This document shows positions 39,543 through 48,816 of a DNA stretch of 64,000 bases, piece after piece. Where the stretch lies: the NCBI GenBank assembly GCA_963836235.1, contig CAWIIP010000002.1:50025-114024 (forward strand). Direction: 5' to 3'. The DNA comes from an uncultured Pseudomonadota bacterium (GTDB lineage: Bacteria > Oederibacteriota > Muellerivitia > Muellerivitales > Muellerivitaceae). The position numbers and the translations under genes are program-made. Within the stretch, counting starts at the first letter, position 1. Every line of letters begins with the position of its first letter. A model generated the notes under the pieces. The model saw nothing but the letters and a program-made list of their open reading frames with translations. It ran no database searches and was not told where the DNA came from.

Positions 39543-42089
39543 TCAGACGTAGCCTACCCTATTTGACTTTTTTTTGCCACCCGAATCTTTTTCAGGTTCA
39601 CCTGGATTCGCAGTCGTGGCAGGAAGCGCAGAAGGCTTGGCCCCAGCTATACTTGAAGCGGAAGTTGATGGAGGCGGCACGGCAGGGACGGATTCAGGTT
39701 CCGTCTTACCGCCCTTAGATTTTATCAAGTTTTCAACATCTCTCAATTTTCTTTTGGCTTCCAAATTGTCAGGTTCATTTTGAAGAATACGCCTGTATAT
39801 TTTAGCGGCCTCTTCTGACAAGCCCTGCCGAACATAGATATCCGCAACGGCAATGGTCATAAACTCATCGTGATTTTCCTCAAGAACATCCCCCTTAGAA
39901 GGTGGCGGCGTACGAGAAGTCGAAAAATCCCCGACCAATGCAGCCTTATGTTTGTCTTCTTGAGTTCTCTTCGCGATTTCTTCGCGGGTTCGGCGTTCAG
40001 CTTCATCACGAAATTTCTGTTCCATCTCTTCCTTAGATTTCTTTTCTAACTCCTCTCGGACTTTTCGATCAACTTCCTCCTTGGCCTTTTTCAAACCATC
40101 TTCCTTGAGGCGTCGTTCAATTTCTTCTCTTGTTTTTCTTTCCACTTCATCTCTAATTCGCTTTTCCGTTTCCGCGTGGGTAAGACGCTCCATTTCTTCT
40201 TTGGCTTTCTTTTCGGCTTCCTCGCGGGCTCTTTTATCAAGTTCCGTTCGTGCCTGGTTTTCGGCTTCCAAACGAGCTTTTTGCTCCAATTCTGCCCTTA
40301 AACGTTTAGCTTCTTCTTGGGCTTTCTTCTCCATCTCCCCCCTTAAACGTTGTTCTTCTTCTTTGATTTTCTTTTCTTCTTCCAAGGCACCAATAACATC
40401 TTCGCCGGTTTTAACATAAGCTGTATATGCCTGGTTCAACCTAGTTTTGATTTCAACATTTTCCGGATGAGCCTCAACTAGCTGCTGATAAATCTCAATA
40501 GCCTCTTCAACTAAACCTTGTTTCACGTAATTTTCAGCAATGGACATTTGATCGGCGATTTCGTCCTCATGATTCAATTCCATCGTAACAGACTTTATTT
40601 TTTCAGGAACAACAGGAATCGAAACGGGCACAGATGAACTCGGGGTAGGTCTAGTATCTTCTGCAAAAGGCTTTGAAACATCATGCTCCAAATCCAATAC
40701 ACCGGTCACAGAAACCTTCGGAGGCGCAGCGTTTATCTTGGGAGGTAAATCAGGGGTTCCAGTGGAAGGAAAAACAGACGCGCCAGCGACAACTTCTCCC
40801 ATCATACGTTTCTGTGCTTCCGAATGTCCCGGATTCAATTCCAAAGTTTTCCTTATAAACTCTCCAGCTTGATCCTTTTTGTTTTGTTTTTCATAAACCA
40901 ACGCCAATTTAAAGAAAGCATCCGCTGCCCCATTTTTATCATCCAGTCGTTTCAAGGCATCAGCCAATTTCGTGTAAGCAATCGCTGAATTCTCATCTAT
41001 CGCGATGATCGATCGTGCCAATTCGGCAGTTTTCAAATGTTCGTTTTTTGAGGCATATTGCTCGATGAGAATCATAAGATTATTGACCGCTTCGGTCTTG
41101 TTCCCTTTCTTAAGAGAAACCTCAACCCAAGCCTCCAAAGCAACCACATTGTCCTTTTCTATTTTCAGGGCTTTTTGAATATTTTCCGCCGCTTTATCCG
41201 GCTGGTTAAGTTCCAAAAGAACCAATCCCAGATTGGTTAAAGCGCCAACATGATTAACCTTGAATCGAAGAAGACTTTCGAACTCGGCTTTTGCGTCGGA
41301 GAGTTTTTGTTTTTTGAAAAGCACCATACCCAGCACATAATGAGCTTCGATACTCTTTAACTCGACCGCCTTGGCGGCATAGGCATCGGCATTGACGAGG
41401 TCGCCCGCATTCAAAGCCTGTTCAGCCGCGTTCAAGTATTCTTTTTTTGCGTCGCCTTCCGATCCTTGCTTGACGAATATTTGGGCTAGGTTAATATGGG
41501 CCTCGGTACTGGAAGGATCCAGTTGGACCACCCTCGCATACATTTCCTGCGCTTTTTTATACAAACGATTTTTCAGGAAAGTCGCACCCAACACTTGATA
41601 TTGTTTGACGGCCTCGGCCACTTGCCCTTTTTTCTCGAATAATTCCCCAAGTTTATAAAAAGCCGCAAGATTTTCGCTGTCCATTTTTAAGACTTCGCTT
41701 AAAGCCTCAATAGCGGAATCCACATCCCCCTGCTCCATGGCCGTCTCAGCTTTTAGGGTTTGTTTGATCATGCTTTGTCTTTTCTGGGCGTCGGAAGGAA
41801 GAAGACCCGTATCCAAAACGGCTATTTTTTTATTAACAATGGCAGCCTTGTCCGACTGCCCGCGGGATGAAAAATCTGCAGAAACTTTAACATACTCTTC
41901 GAACGCTTCACGGGTCGAACCCTTTTTCACGTATACATCGCCTAACATATTATGGGTATTAATATCTTCAGGATCCAAAGCAATGAGTTTTTTGTATTCC
42001 TCTATCGCCTTGTCCCATCGGCCTTCTTGGAAATAAATATAGGCCATTTTAACGATATTTTTTTTATCCCCGCTGGCAGGAGCGCTCAT
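39543..42089 (-). CDS. 848-aa TPR-repeat protein with ~150-aa Glu/Lys/Arg charged helix; no signal peptide
   Basis: About 430 aa of TPR-like repeats. Then EEEKKIKEEEQRLRGEMEKKAQEEAKRLRAELEQKARLEAE...EAERRTREEIAKR. Two isolated A-x-x-Y-V-x-QGL-x-EEA-x-x-IY-x-x-(L/I) helical hairpins flank the charged segment. Confidence 0.7.
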   Translation of the reverse strand: MSAPASGDKKNIVKMAYIYFQEGRWDKAIEEYKKLIALDPEDINTHNMLGDVYVKKGSTREAFEEYVKVSADFSSRGQSDKAAIVNKKIAVLDTGLLPSDAQKRQSMIKQTLKAETAMEQGDVDSAIEALSEVLKMDSENLAAFYKLGELFEKKGQVAEAVKQYQVLGATFLKNRLYKKAQEMYARVVQLDPSSTEAHINLAQIFVKQGSEGDAKKEYLNAAEQALNAGDLVNADAYAAKAVELKSIEAHYVLGMVLFKKQKLSDAKAEFESLLRFKVNHVGALTNLGLVLLELNQPDKAAENIQKALKIEKDNVVALEAWVEVSLKKGNKTEAVNNLMILIEQYASKNEHLKTAELARSIIAIDENSAIAYTKLADALKRLDDKNGAADAFFKLALVYEKQNKKDQAGEFIRKTLELNPGHSEAQKRMMGEVVAGASVFPSTGTPDLPPKINAAPPKVSVTGVLDLEHDVSKPFAEDTRPTPSSSVPVSIPVVPEKIKSVTMELNHEDEIADQMSIAENYVKQGLVEEAIEIYQQLVEAHPENVEIKTRLNQAYTAYVKTGEDVIGALEEEKKIKEEEQRLRGEMEKKAQEEAKRLRAELEQKARLEAENQARTELDKRAREEAEKKAKEEMERLTHAETEKRIRDEVERKTREEIERRLKEDGLKKAKEEVDRKVREELEKKSKEEMEQKFRDEAERRTREEIAKRTQEDKHKAALVGDFSTSRTPPPSKGDVLEENHDEFMTIAVADIYVRQGLSEEAAKIYRRILQNEPDNLEAKRKLRDVENLIKSKGGKTEPESVPAVPPPSTSASSIAGAKPSALPATTANPGEPEKDSGGKKKSNRVGYV

Positions 42090-42492
42090 AAAACCTCTAA
42101 AACTATATGAAATACCAAAGTTACTATAACATTGGCATTTTTTATTCGCAAGGAAATGAGACTTATTGCAAGGCTTTCGACCCTAAAGAAACAAAAAATT
42201 TCATCTACAAGACAAGAAGATATGACAAAAGGGGTAGAAACAAGACAAATCTAGCCATAAAGTGTCGAAAAACCTTTTCCAATCTGATCGACAACCAGAA
42301 TCCAAAACAGATCAATAGAATTTTTTCTGAAGAGAACCTCTTCGAGGAATCATTCCTCTTTTGATCCATTTGATAAAACACACAAAAGCCGACTACCTTT
42401 CGAAGCTTTTTTTATCCTTCAAAAGAAATAAATTCTTCTTTAGTTTTTTCGAGAGACCTTTAAACTTGGCTAAGTCTGACTTCCAAATGATA

Positions 42493-42831
42493 TCAAGCTT
42501 TGAAATCGATATGGCGAATTGATTGGTTCTGAAGGGAACTTTCCTTCGCTTCCGAATCCTCGTTTTCCAGCGAACCGTCTTTTAAATATCGCGAAGGTTT
42601 ATAGCCACCCGCGTCAGAATTCGCTTCACCCTTTACATTGTCGATCTTTTCCGGGCTATTTTTTTTAAGAAATTCTTCTGAGACTTGATGGGCCTTTTCA
42701 ACTTGCTCTGCCACCTCCGCCCTGGCGCGATTAGCTTGGCGAAGTTTCGTGGACTCCTGAGCGGCCTGGGCAATCGCCATGCTATCGGCAATTACCTTCA
42801 TATAATTATTCGTATTTTGAACACCCCGCAT
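42493..42831 (-). CDS. Hypothetical protein (112 aa)
   Basis: Clean ORF, hydrophilic, no motif recognised. Confidence 0.4.
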   Translation of the reverse strand: MRGVQNTNNYMKVIADSMAIAQAAQESTKLRQANRARAEVAEQVEKAHQVSEEFLKKNSPEKIDNVKGEANSDAGGYKPSRYLKDGSLENEDSEAKESSLQNQSIRHIDFKA

Positions 42832-43010
42832 CCCGACAAACCTCCTTCACATTAGAAAAAAGAAATCGAATACATTTTCAATTCTTGATTTTAACAATTC
42901 TCAAGGATAAAGTTCAATTGTGTCCTATCTCAAAAATCTCGAAAAAACCTAAGAAATTGTCCACAATTTGTGAACCTTTTCAAAACTTGAGGTTATATTC
43001 TTTTTTATCA

Positions 43011-43604
43011 TCATCTCGCTTTATTATTCAACTTTGCCAATGGGGCATAACGAAAACAACTCTGGATATGGTCATTAACCATTCCAACAGCTTGCATATG
43101 CGCATAAAGTACCGTGGGTCCTAGAAATTTGAACCCTCTTTTTTTCAAATCCTTTGCCCAAAACAAAGCTTCCGGAATTTGAGTTGGGTAATCCTTTAAA
43201 GTTTTAAATCGATGTTGACGTGATTTCCCTCCCACCCAGGACCACATATATCGAGAAAATGTTCCAAATTCCCGGCGAACATCAAGGAATCTTTGGGCAT
43301 TACTAATGGTCGCAAGTATCTTTGCCCGATTGCGAATGATCCCTTTGTCATTCATCAACCACCGGACATCATTGAGTCCAAAACGGGCAATTTTATTTAC
43401 GTCAAATTCCGAAAAATCCTTTCGAAAATTGTCTCGTTTGTGTAAAACGGTTCTCCAGGAAAGACCCGCTTGAAATGATTCCAACACCAGAAACTCAAAT
43501 ATTTTCCGATCATTGCGAACCGGAACACCCCATTCCCGATCATGGTAACGTCGCATGAGGACATCATCCTCACCCGGCCAGGGACAACGTGATAATAGTT
43601 TCAT
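43011..43604 (-). CDS. tag: DNA-3-methyladenine glycosylase I
   Basis: CPW...D.L...YHD.EWG.P..ND..LFE.L.LE.FQAGLSW signature. Confidence 0.88.
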   Translation of the reverse strand: MKLLSRCPWPGEDDVLMRRYHDREWGVPVRNDRKIFEFLVLESFQAGLSWRTVLHKRDNFRKDFSEFDVNKIARFGLNDVRWLMNDKGIIRNRAKILATISNAQRFLDVRREFGTFSRYMWSWVGGKSRQHRFKTLKDYPTQIPEALFWAKDLKKRGFKFLGPTVLYAHMQAVGMVNDHIQSCFRYAPLAKLNNKAR

Positions 43605-43699
43605 GGAAGTGGATTGAACTGGTTATAGAATCGAGTCATCGTCCCTAGTTTGGAGCGTCAGTAGAAAGGACCAAGAAGACAAAAATAGAAGAATCGCTT

Positions 43700-44743
43700 T
43701 TACCGAGTAAGGGTAGTAAGGTCAACTTCATCCCCGATCCAAGCGGATCCAACGGCTATGCTCGGACCAGCCACGATAATATCCGTTACAGCAGCGTTAT
43801 AAGCCACTCCGTAAGTTCCCGTTCCAGCAGGCGCTGGGTAAGCCGAAACTGGATAAGTGAATGGCGAACCCACGCTGGTACCGGTGGGAGATTGATAAGT
43901 CGTCACAGCAGCGGGAGAAATTTCTTCTACGACTGCGGAATCATAATTCCCGGGGTAAACCGCACTGGCCGTAGAGCCATTTGCGGCGATAGTAATATTA
44001 CCCGGAGCGTTGACGGTTGCGGCTGCGGTTCCCAGTGACGTCACGGCATAAAGAGAATATGGAGAATTGGGAACATAGGTAAAGGAATCGGATGCAGCCA
44101 CATACTCTGCAACAGAAACACCGGAGTAGGTTGTGTTGGCCGTGTAAGTTACTGGAATAGAACCATTCAAGGGAGTAATTAGCGTCACCGCAGCAGTGGT
44201 GTCGGGAATTAGATTCGTAGAGATATACACAGTGCAGGTTGTCGCTGTAACGCTGTAACTATATCCGCTAATTGAAACGTTCGTCAAATCTTCAAGGAAA
44301 ATACCTACGACCATAAGCCCCATAGTTCCAATGGGAGTAGGCGTGAATGTCGGGGTTCCAGGAACCGGAGTTGCAGTTTTCGTGAAAGTGAAGGTCGAAG
44401 TCGAAAGTAAACTGGTATTGGTGGGGGTTGAAGAGCTTGTGTCTGTCGGAGTATTAGAATATGTAAAGGTAAACGTAGGGGTGTAAGAGAATGTGGAAGT
44501 ATAGGTAGGCGTAAAGGAAGAAGGAGTTGAAGTAGCTCCCCCTGGGTTAGTGGCTGTGGAAGTAAAAGTGAAAGTAGGAGAAAAGGTCGGGGTGGAAGTA
44601 AAGCCGCTCATATTCGTAGGGGTTGGGGTCAATGCCAATGAAGCCGATATGGGCGCCGTCACGTAACTTTTTTCGCAAGCAATCGGTGCCAGGGAAAGAA
44701 CGGCAATAATCCATAAGGCACGTAACTTATAACGATTTTCCAT
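43700..44743 (-). CDS. Thr/Pro-linker surface lipoprotein (347 aa)
   Basis: Internal ATG at 44743. Signal ..AVLSLAPIAC is lipobox-like. About 100 aa of TPT/FT repeats (nt ~44332-44632) precede a T/S/A/Y-rich beta-type domain. Confidence 0.6.
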   Translation of the reverse strand: MENRYKLRALWIIAVLSLAPIACEKSYVTAPISASLALTPTPTNMSGFTSTPTFSPTFTFTSTATNPGGATSTPSSFTPTYTSTFSYTPTFTFTYSNTPTDTSSSTPTNTSLLSTSTFTFTKTATPVPGTPTFTPTPIGTMGLMVVGIFLEDLTNVSISGYSYSVTATTCTVYISTNLIPDTTAAVTLITPLNGSIPVTYTANTTYSGVSVAEYVAASDSFTYVPNSPYSLYAVTSLGTAAATVNAPGNITIAANGSTASAVYPGNYDSAVVEEISPAAVTTYQSPTGTSVGSPFTYPVSAYPAPAGTGTYGVAYNAAVTDIIVAGPSIAVGSAWIGDEVDLTTLTR

Positions 44744-44968
44744 AAACACCCTCAAAATATAAAATTCAAAAGCAGACGAATTATACCATAAATAAAGCAA
44801 ATGAAATTTGGATGGTTCTAACTTTTCACTTTGTCCAAAAAGACCCATAACCAAAGGATTTTTGCCAAACTAATTAAATAAAAAGGAAGAGCCGACGATT
44901 AATTTCAGAAAAATCGATTAAATGAAAAGGTTTCACACATCATGCGCTCGAAGGAAAAAGAGCCTAGG

Positions 44969-45334
44969 TTATTTTGAAATCTTTTGAAGATAGGTACCTA
45001 AATCAACAGCGTCATCTTCCTTGATGGCTAAAAAATGAAGCCCGGCTCCGGAAGTATTAGACCATATCACCTCAGCAAAAGCCGAAAGAGGAACAGACCG
45101 GGAAGGAAGAGAAATCTTCAAGGTGAGAATATCCCCCATGTTTAATACTTGGTCGGCCACAATAAACATCCCTCCCAAGCTCGTATCTTGCGTTTGGCCC
45201 ACCTTGGTTTTTTCTCCTAATTCCCTGATATTCCGAATTTCCTTGTGGTCTTCCATCACGAGGTAGCTAACGGGAATTTTGGCCGGAACCCTAGGATGAG
45301 CCCTTTTATCTAAAAAGATATTCGCTTCTGGCAT
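44969..45334 (-). CDS. PilZ-domain protein (121 aa)
   Basis: RAHPR (RxxxR) and DTSLGG (DxSxxG) c-di-GMP-binding motifs. Confidence 0.8.
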   Translation of the reverse strand: MPEANIFLDKRAHPRVPAKIPVSYLVMEDHKEIRNIRELGEKTKVGQTQDTSLGGMFIVADQVLNMGDILTLKISLPSRSVPLSAFAEVIWSNTSGAGLHFLAIKEDDAVDLGTYLQKISK

Positions 45335-45451
45335 TTCAATCCCCCCACTTGAACAAGTTTAAATGTAATCGAGAAAAGACTATGACTTTCTAAAATTTGT
45401 TGGCCCCGCTTGGCTGAAATTTAAAGTCACGTCCCTACCTCGGTAAAAAAC

Positions 45452-45823
45452 CTAAGAACCCTTGGAAAAGGTTTGTAGGTAAACCTCTAAAGCCTTTGCG
45501 TCTTCCTCCCGCATAGATAAAAAATGGAGACCCACACCTTCCGCCTTGATCCATACCACCTCAGCAAAAGCGGAAAGCGGTGTCGTCCGAGAAGGAACCG
45601 AAAATTTAATTGTCAGGACATCTCCCTTGTTCAGGGCCTGGTCACCCGCGAGCATCAACCCACCCAGACTTGCGTCAAGGGTTTCGGCTTTCTTAGTTTT
45701 TTCGATCAATTCTCGAATGTCTTTAATTTCTTTATGCTCTTTCATCACGAGAAACGTAACGGGAATATGAACCGGTACCCGAGGAAAAGCCCGCTTATTT
45801 AAGTACATTCTCGCTTCGGGCAT
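45452..45823 (-). CDS. PilZ-domain protein paralogue (123 aa)
   Basis: RAFPR and DASLGG motifs. Roughly 60% identical by eye to the neighbouring PilZ gene. Confidence 0.8.
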   Translation of the reverse strand: MPEARMYLNKRAFPRVPVHIPVTFLVMKEHKEIKDIRELIEKTKKAETLDASLGGLMLAGDQALNKGDVLTIKFSVPSRTTPLSAFAEVVWIKAEGVGLHFLSMREEDAKALEVYLQTFSKGS

Positions 45824-45955
45824 TTATCCAACCCTTTCCTCTTCAAATCCATCGTCCACTTCAATCCACAATTTGAACTTTATCGGTTATAAGCAGGATT
45901 GTCAATCACGGGGAAGATGGCTCCTTTTTTCACAAGAGGAACAAATTATGGCCGT

Positions 45956-48637
45956 CTAGTGTCGAATCATCACTTTCAAATTCTGCCGAGCTATCATGAA
46001 ACCATTAGCATCCCATAATTCAACAACCGCGACATAAACTCCACTTGCCACCGTTCCGTTTGGCAAAAAGGCCTGACTTGTTCCCGGGAGCCCCATAAAA
46101 ACGGCTACCTTTTCGCCCGCCAAATCATAAAGGCGCACTTTCAAGGTTAGAGGCTGGGTAGTAGAAGCTCTAAAGGTTAAAGGTGGACCCCCACTTTGCC
46201 AGGGGTTGGGGTAGGCCACAACACCATTACCGGACCCGCTACTGTTGACCACCGTCAAATCCTTTGTGATTACCTCTTCTCCACCGGTTCCATTCTCTGA
46301 AAAAATCTCCAGATAATAGACGCCATTGGTAGCCAAGGTTCCACCGCTACAACTACCGTCCCAGGCCAACGTCACTCCGTTGCTCATCCCGATGGTCACG
46401 GGGTTTGAGGTTGTTAAACTGGTTTGCAGGACCAAAGAGGATAACTGGACCGCCGTGACAGGTCCCGCCGCTCCATCCACTTTATAAAGAATCCGCACCA
46501 CTTCCCCCGCCGCATTACAAATCACCACCGATACCGCCCCCAGTGGCCGGCTAACCGTAACCTCCTGGACAACGCTTTGGTCCGATCCCAGACTATTCAC
46601 ACTGTCCACTTTCAGATAATAGATTCCGTTAGATACCGGATAGCCGGAAATATTGGTTCCATTCCAGGCCGAAAGCAGGTTCCCGTTCCAAAGTATGGAA
46701 ACCGCGTCGTTAGGTCCCGTCAAGCTCGTGATGGCATTTCCCGAACCCAGAGTGATGGAGGTTACTGGCTGAGGAGCCTTTTCCACCAGCAGCTTTTCTA
46801 CTAGCTCCCCTGCGGAGTTATAAACCGCAACAGTCACCGTATAAGGCTCAGGCAACGGGGTGGGGGTGGATGTTCCCGTAGGGGTGAAAGTGTCCGTTAT
46901 TGTGGGCGTAAAGGTAATGGTGTAGGTATTAGTTAACGTTGGTGTTGAAGTAAGCGTTCCGGTAGGAGTGGTGGTAAAGCTGGCAGTAGGTGTCGGCGTA
47001 AAGGTGTATGTGTTTGTCGGGGTGGAAGTTTCGGTCAGCGTTGGGGTGTCCGTCACCGTAAAGGTCAAAGTCGGAGTAAACGTAGGCGTTACGGTAGGGG
47101 TAAAAGTCACTGTAAAAGTATCCGTTATGGTCGGAGTTGGAGTCGACGTACCGGTCATGGTGGAAGTCGCGGTGGAGGTTGCGGTGGAACTGGGGGTAAA
47201 AGAATCCGTGGGTGTCGCTGAATTTGTCGATGTCCCCGTTGGGATATAGGTCGCCGTTAAAGTCGGAGTAGGACTCTCGGTTGGACTCGCCGTGGGAGTA
47301 AAACTATCCGTAACCGTGGGCGTCCAGGTTGTGGTCGGACTCGGGGTCAAGGTCGCGGTGGAAGTGGACGTAAAACCGGGCGTAAAAGAAGGGGTTGAAG
47401 TAGCGGTATAAGTGGGAGTCCCCGTAAGTGTCGACGTGAAAAAAGGAGTAGAAGTGGCGCTGTTGGTGGGAGTGAAGGAGAACGTCAGGGTGGGGCTATT
47501 CGTCGCGGTAAAAGAAGATGTCGGCGTTGGAGTAATGGTGGATGTCGGAGTCTGGGTCGCGGTATTCGTCGGGGTAGGTGTATTGCAAATCGAGTTGCAG
47601 GAAGCCGCCAAAAGGTTCACCCAATAAAAATCCTTGTCAGCGCTGTTGACGGGGCTTCCCAAGGCCCAGGTGATCTTTCCAGAGGGGTCCGAAAGGGGCA
47701 CGTTGGCGTAGCTGTCGAGAAAGGTGTCGTAGCTCACTGAAGAGTCCTGGAAGATGGTTCCACCCCCCAGGGCCATGTTGGGCGGCTGGGCCGGTCCCGG
47801 GTTGTCCGTACCGAAAAAATCGTCCGAGAAGCTGACCGGTACGTTGGGCGCACTCACACCTCCCCACCGTGAAAACTGGTTGGCCCCACAGGCCTGGCTG
47901 TGCTGACAACTCCAATCCAAGGTCGAATACCAGGGGGTGACCCCGTAATCCAGCTTAGAGTTGCCGCCCACTGTGGATCCGCCCCAAACGAAAAGCCCGT
48001 CTCCTAGGACCACCGCCCCGCAGGCGGTCGGGGCTGGAACCGTGTAGACGATCACCAGCCCGGCCAGCACCCCGACCGATAGGGCGCTCGTGCCATAGGT
48101 GGAGACGCCAGGCGACACCAGACTAGTCACGTCATAGCGCACATCGCAAAAAAAGGCGGAATCTCCGGTTGTTATTAGGTCGGTTCCCAGTCGTGGGTCG
48201 TTCCAGAGGTTCTCGAAATTGCCCTGGCCCACTTCCAATCCCGAGGGTGTTAGACCGCCCCCGAAAGACACCGGGGAGTTGCTGCAGGCATAGCCGTTCC
48301 ACCATTCCACCACCTCCAGGTAAGCCGCCTGGATGGTGGCACTGGACGGAGGAGGGGTGGCCAGAGTGATTGTGGTCACCCCGGCGGTATTGACCCCCGC
48401 CGCATAAAGCACCGATACGCCCGAAGCTGAATAAAGGTAAAACTGGTTGATGGCCATCGTGTTAAGAGAAACACTGGAAGAGGTACAATTGTCCAGGTTA
48501 CCCGTTTGGGTATAGGGCGCTCCGGAAGCGCCATATTGAGCCCTAGCCTGGGTTGATCCAAGGAGAAAAACCCCTGGAAAAAGCACTAGGAAGGATAAAA
48601 AAAACGGCTTAAATTGTAGCATCAAGGGGATATCCAA
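45956..48637 (-). CDS. Secreted 893-aa protein: Cys-containing N-domain, 245-aa Thr/Pro linker, three FlgD-Ig-like domains, the last resembling a T9SS-type C-terminal sorting domain
   Basis: Signal peptide. Linker at residues 352-596. Repeated v.V.vYNsAGE.V..L....G.....WdG.......sGvYY motif. C-terminus VAYPNPW....LYDLAGEKV...SGVYVAVVE....KVMIRH. Start is either TTG 48637 or ATG 48622. Confidence 0.6.
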   Translation of the reverse strand: MDIPLMLQFKPFFLSFLVLFPGVFLLGSTQARAQYGASGAPYTQTGNLDNCTSSSVSLNTMAINQFYLYSASGVSVLYAAGVNTAGVTTITLATPPPSSATIQAAYLEVVEWWNGYACSNSPVSFGGGLTPSGLEVGQGNFENLWNDPRLGTDLITTGDSAFFCDVRYDVTSLVSPGVSTYGTSALSVGVLAGLVIVYTVPAPTACGAVVLGDGLFVWGGSTVGGNSKLDYGVTPWYSTLDWSCQHSQACGANQFSRWGGVSAPNVPVSFSDDFFGTDNPGPAQPPNMALGGGTIFQDSSVSYDTFLDSYANVPLSDPSGKITWALGSPVNSADKDFYWVNLLAASCNSICNTPTPTNTATQTPTSTITPTPTSSFTATNSPTLTFSFTPTNSATSTPFFTSTLTGTPTYTATSTPSFTPGFTSTSTATLTPSPTTTWTPTVTDSFTPTASPTESPTPTLTATYIPTGTSTNSATPTDSFTPSSTATSTATSTMTGTSTPTPTITDTFTVTFTPTVTPTFTPTLTFTVTDTPTLTETSTPTNTYTFTPTPTASFTTTPTGTLTSTPTLTNTYTITFTPTITDTFTPTGTSTPTPLPEPYTVTVAVYNSAGELVEKLLVEKAPQPVTSITLGSGNAITSLTGPNDAVSILWNGNLLSAWNGTNISGYPVSNGIYYLKVDSVNSLGSDQSVVQEVTVSRPLGAVSVVICNAAGEVVRILYKVDGAAGPVTAVQLSSLVLQTSLTTSNPVTIGMSNGVTLAWDGSCSGGTLATNGVYYLEIFSENGTGGEEVITKDLTVVNSSGSGNGVVAYPNPWQSGGPPLTFRASTTQPLTLKVRLYDLAGEKVAVFMGLPGTSQAFLPNGTVASGVYVAVVELWDANGFMIARQNLKVMIRH
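46850..47584 (-). repeat. Low-complexity (T/P/S/F)n linker-coding DNA, 735 nt
   Basis: Encodes [21 protein letters not shown]...[12 protein letters not shown]. Similar tracts occur at ~44332-44632, 56710-56901, 61032-61289 and 63039-63245. Confidence 0.9.
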
Positions 48638-48816
48638 AAGTCCGGCATGGGCCTTCCTTCATATTCCCCATCTCTAACGGCTAATTTCTTTACCCACTGA
48701 AGTTTTATTCCGCAAACAACTTACCCGATTCAAAGCTTAAAAAAGGCTAAAACAAAGACTTTTTTTAGTTCTACCTTTCGCACCCCAGCCAAGGACCCCG
48801 GGGTCAAAACAGCCTC

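Noticed and set aside
42133-42150. Sigma54-like TGGCAT..TTCGCA element in the 400-nt region upstream of the TPR gene
   Set aside because: The GG-to-GC spacing is 14 nt rather than 12. It is on the plus strand, where no credible gene follows (42107-42364 is a low-complexity ORF without an RBS).
46968-47627. Val/Gly-rich plus-strand ORFs (46968-47249 and 47412-47627; similar ones at 56738-56935, 61138-61335 and 63007-63255)
   Set aside because: They are the antisense reading of the (Thr/Pro)n linker DNA (ACC/CCC read as GGT/GGG/GTx). They are low-complexity, have no RBS, and lie wholly inside strong minus-strand genes.
48638-48816. GACCCCGGGGTC palindrome and a possible riboswitch (c-di-GMP) between the xylanase and the 893-aa gene
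   Set aside because: The palindrome has no loop and no following U-tract. No GEMM-like conserved motifs could be matched by eye.
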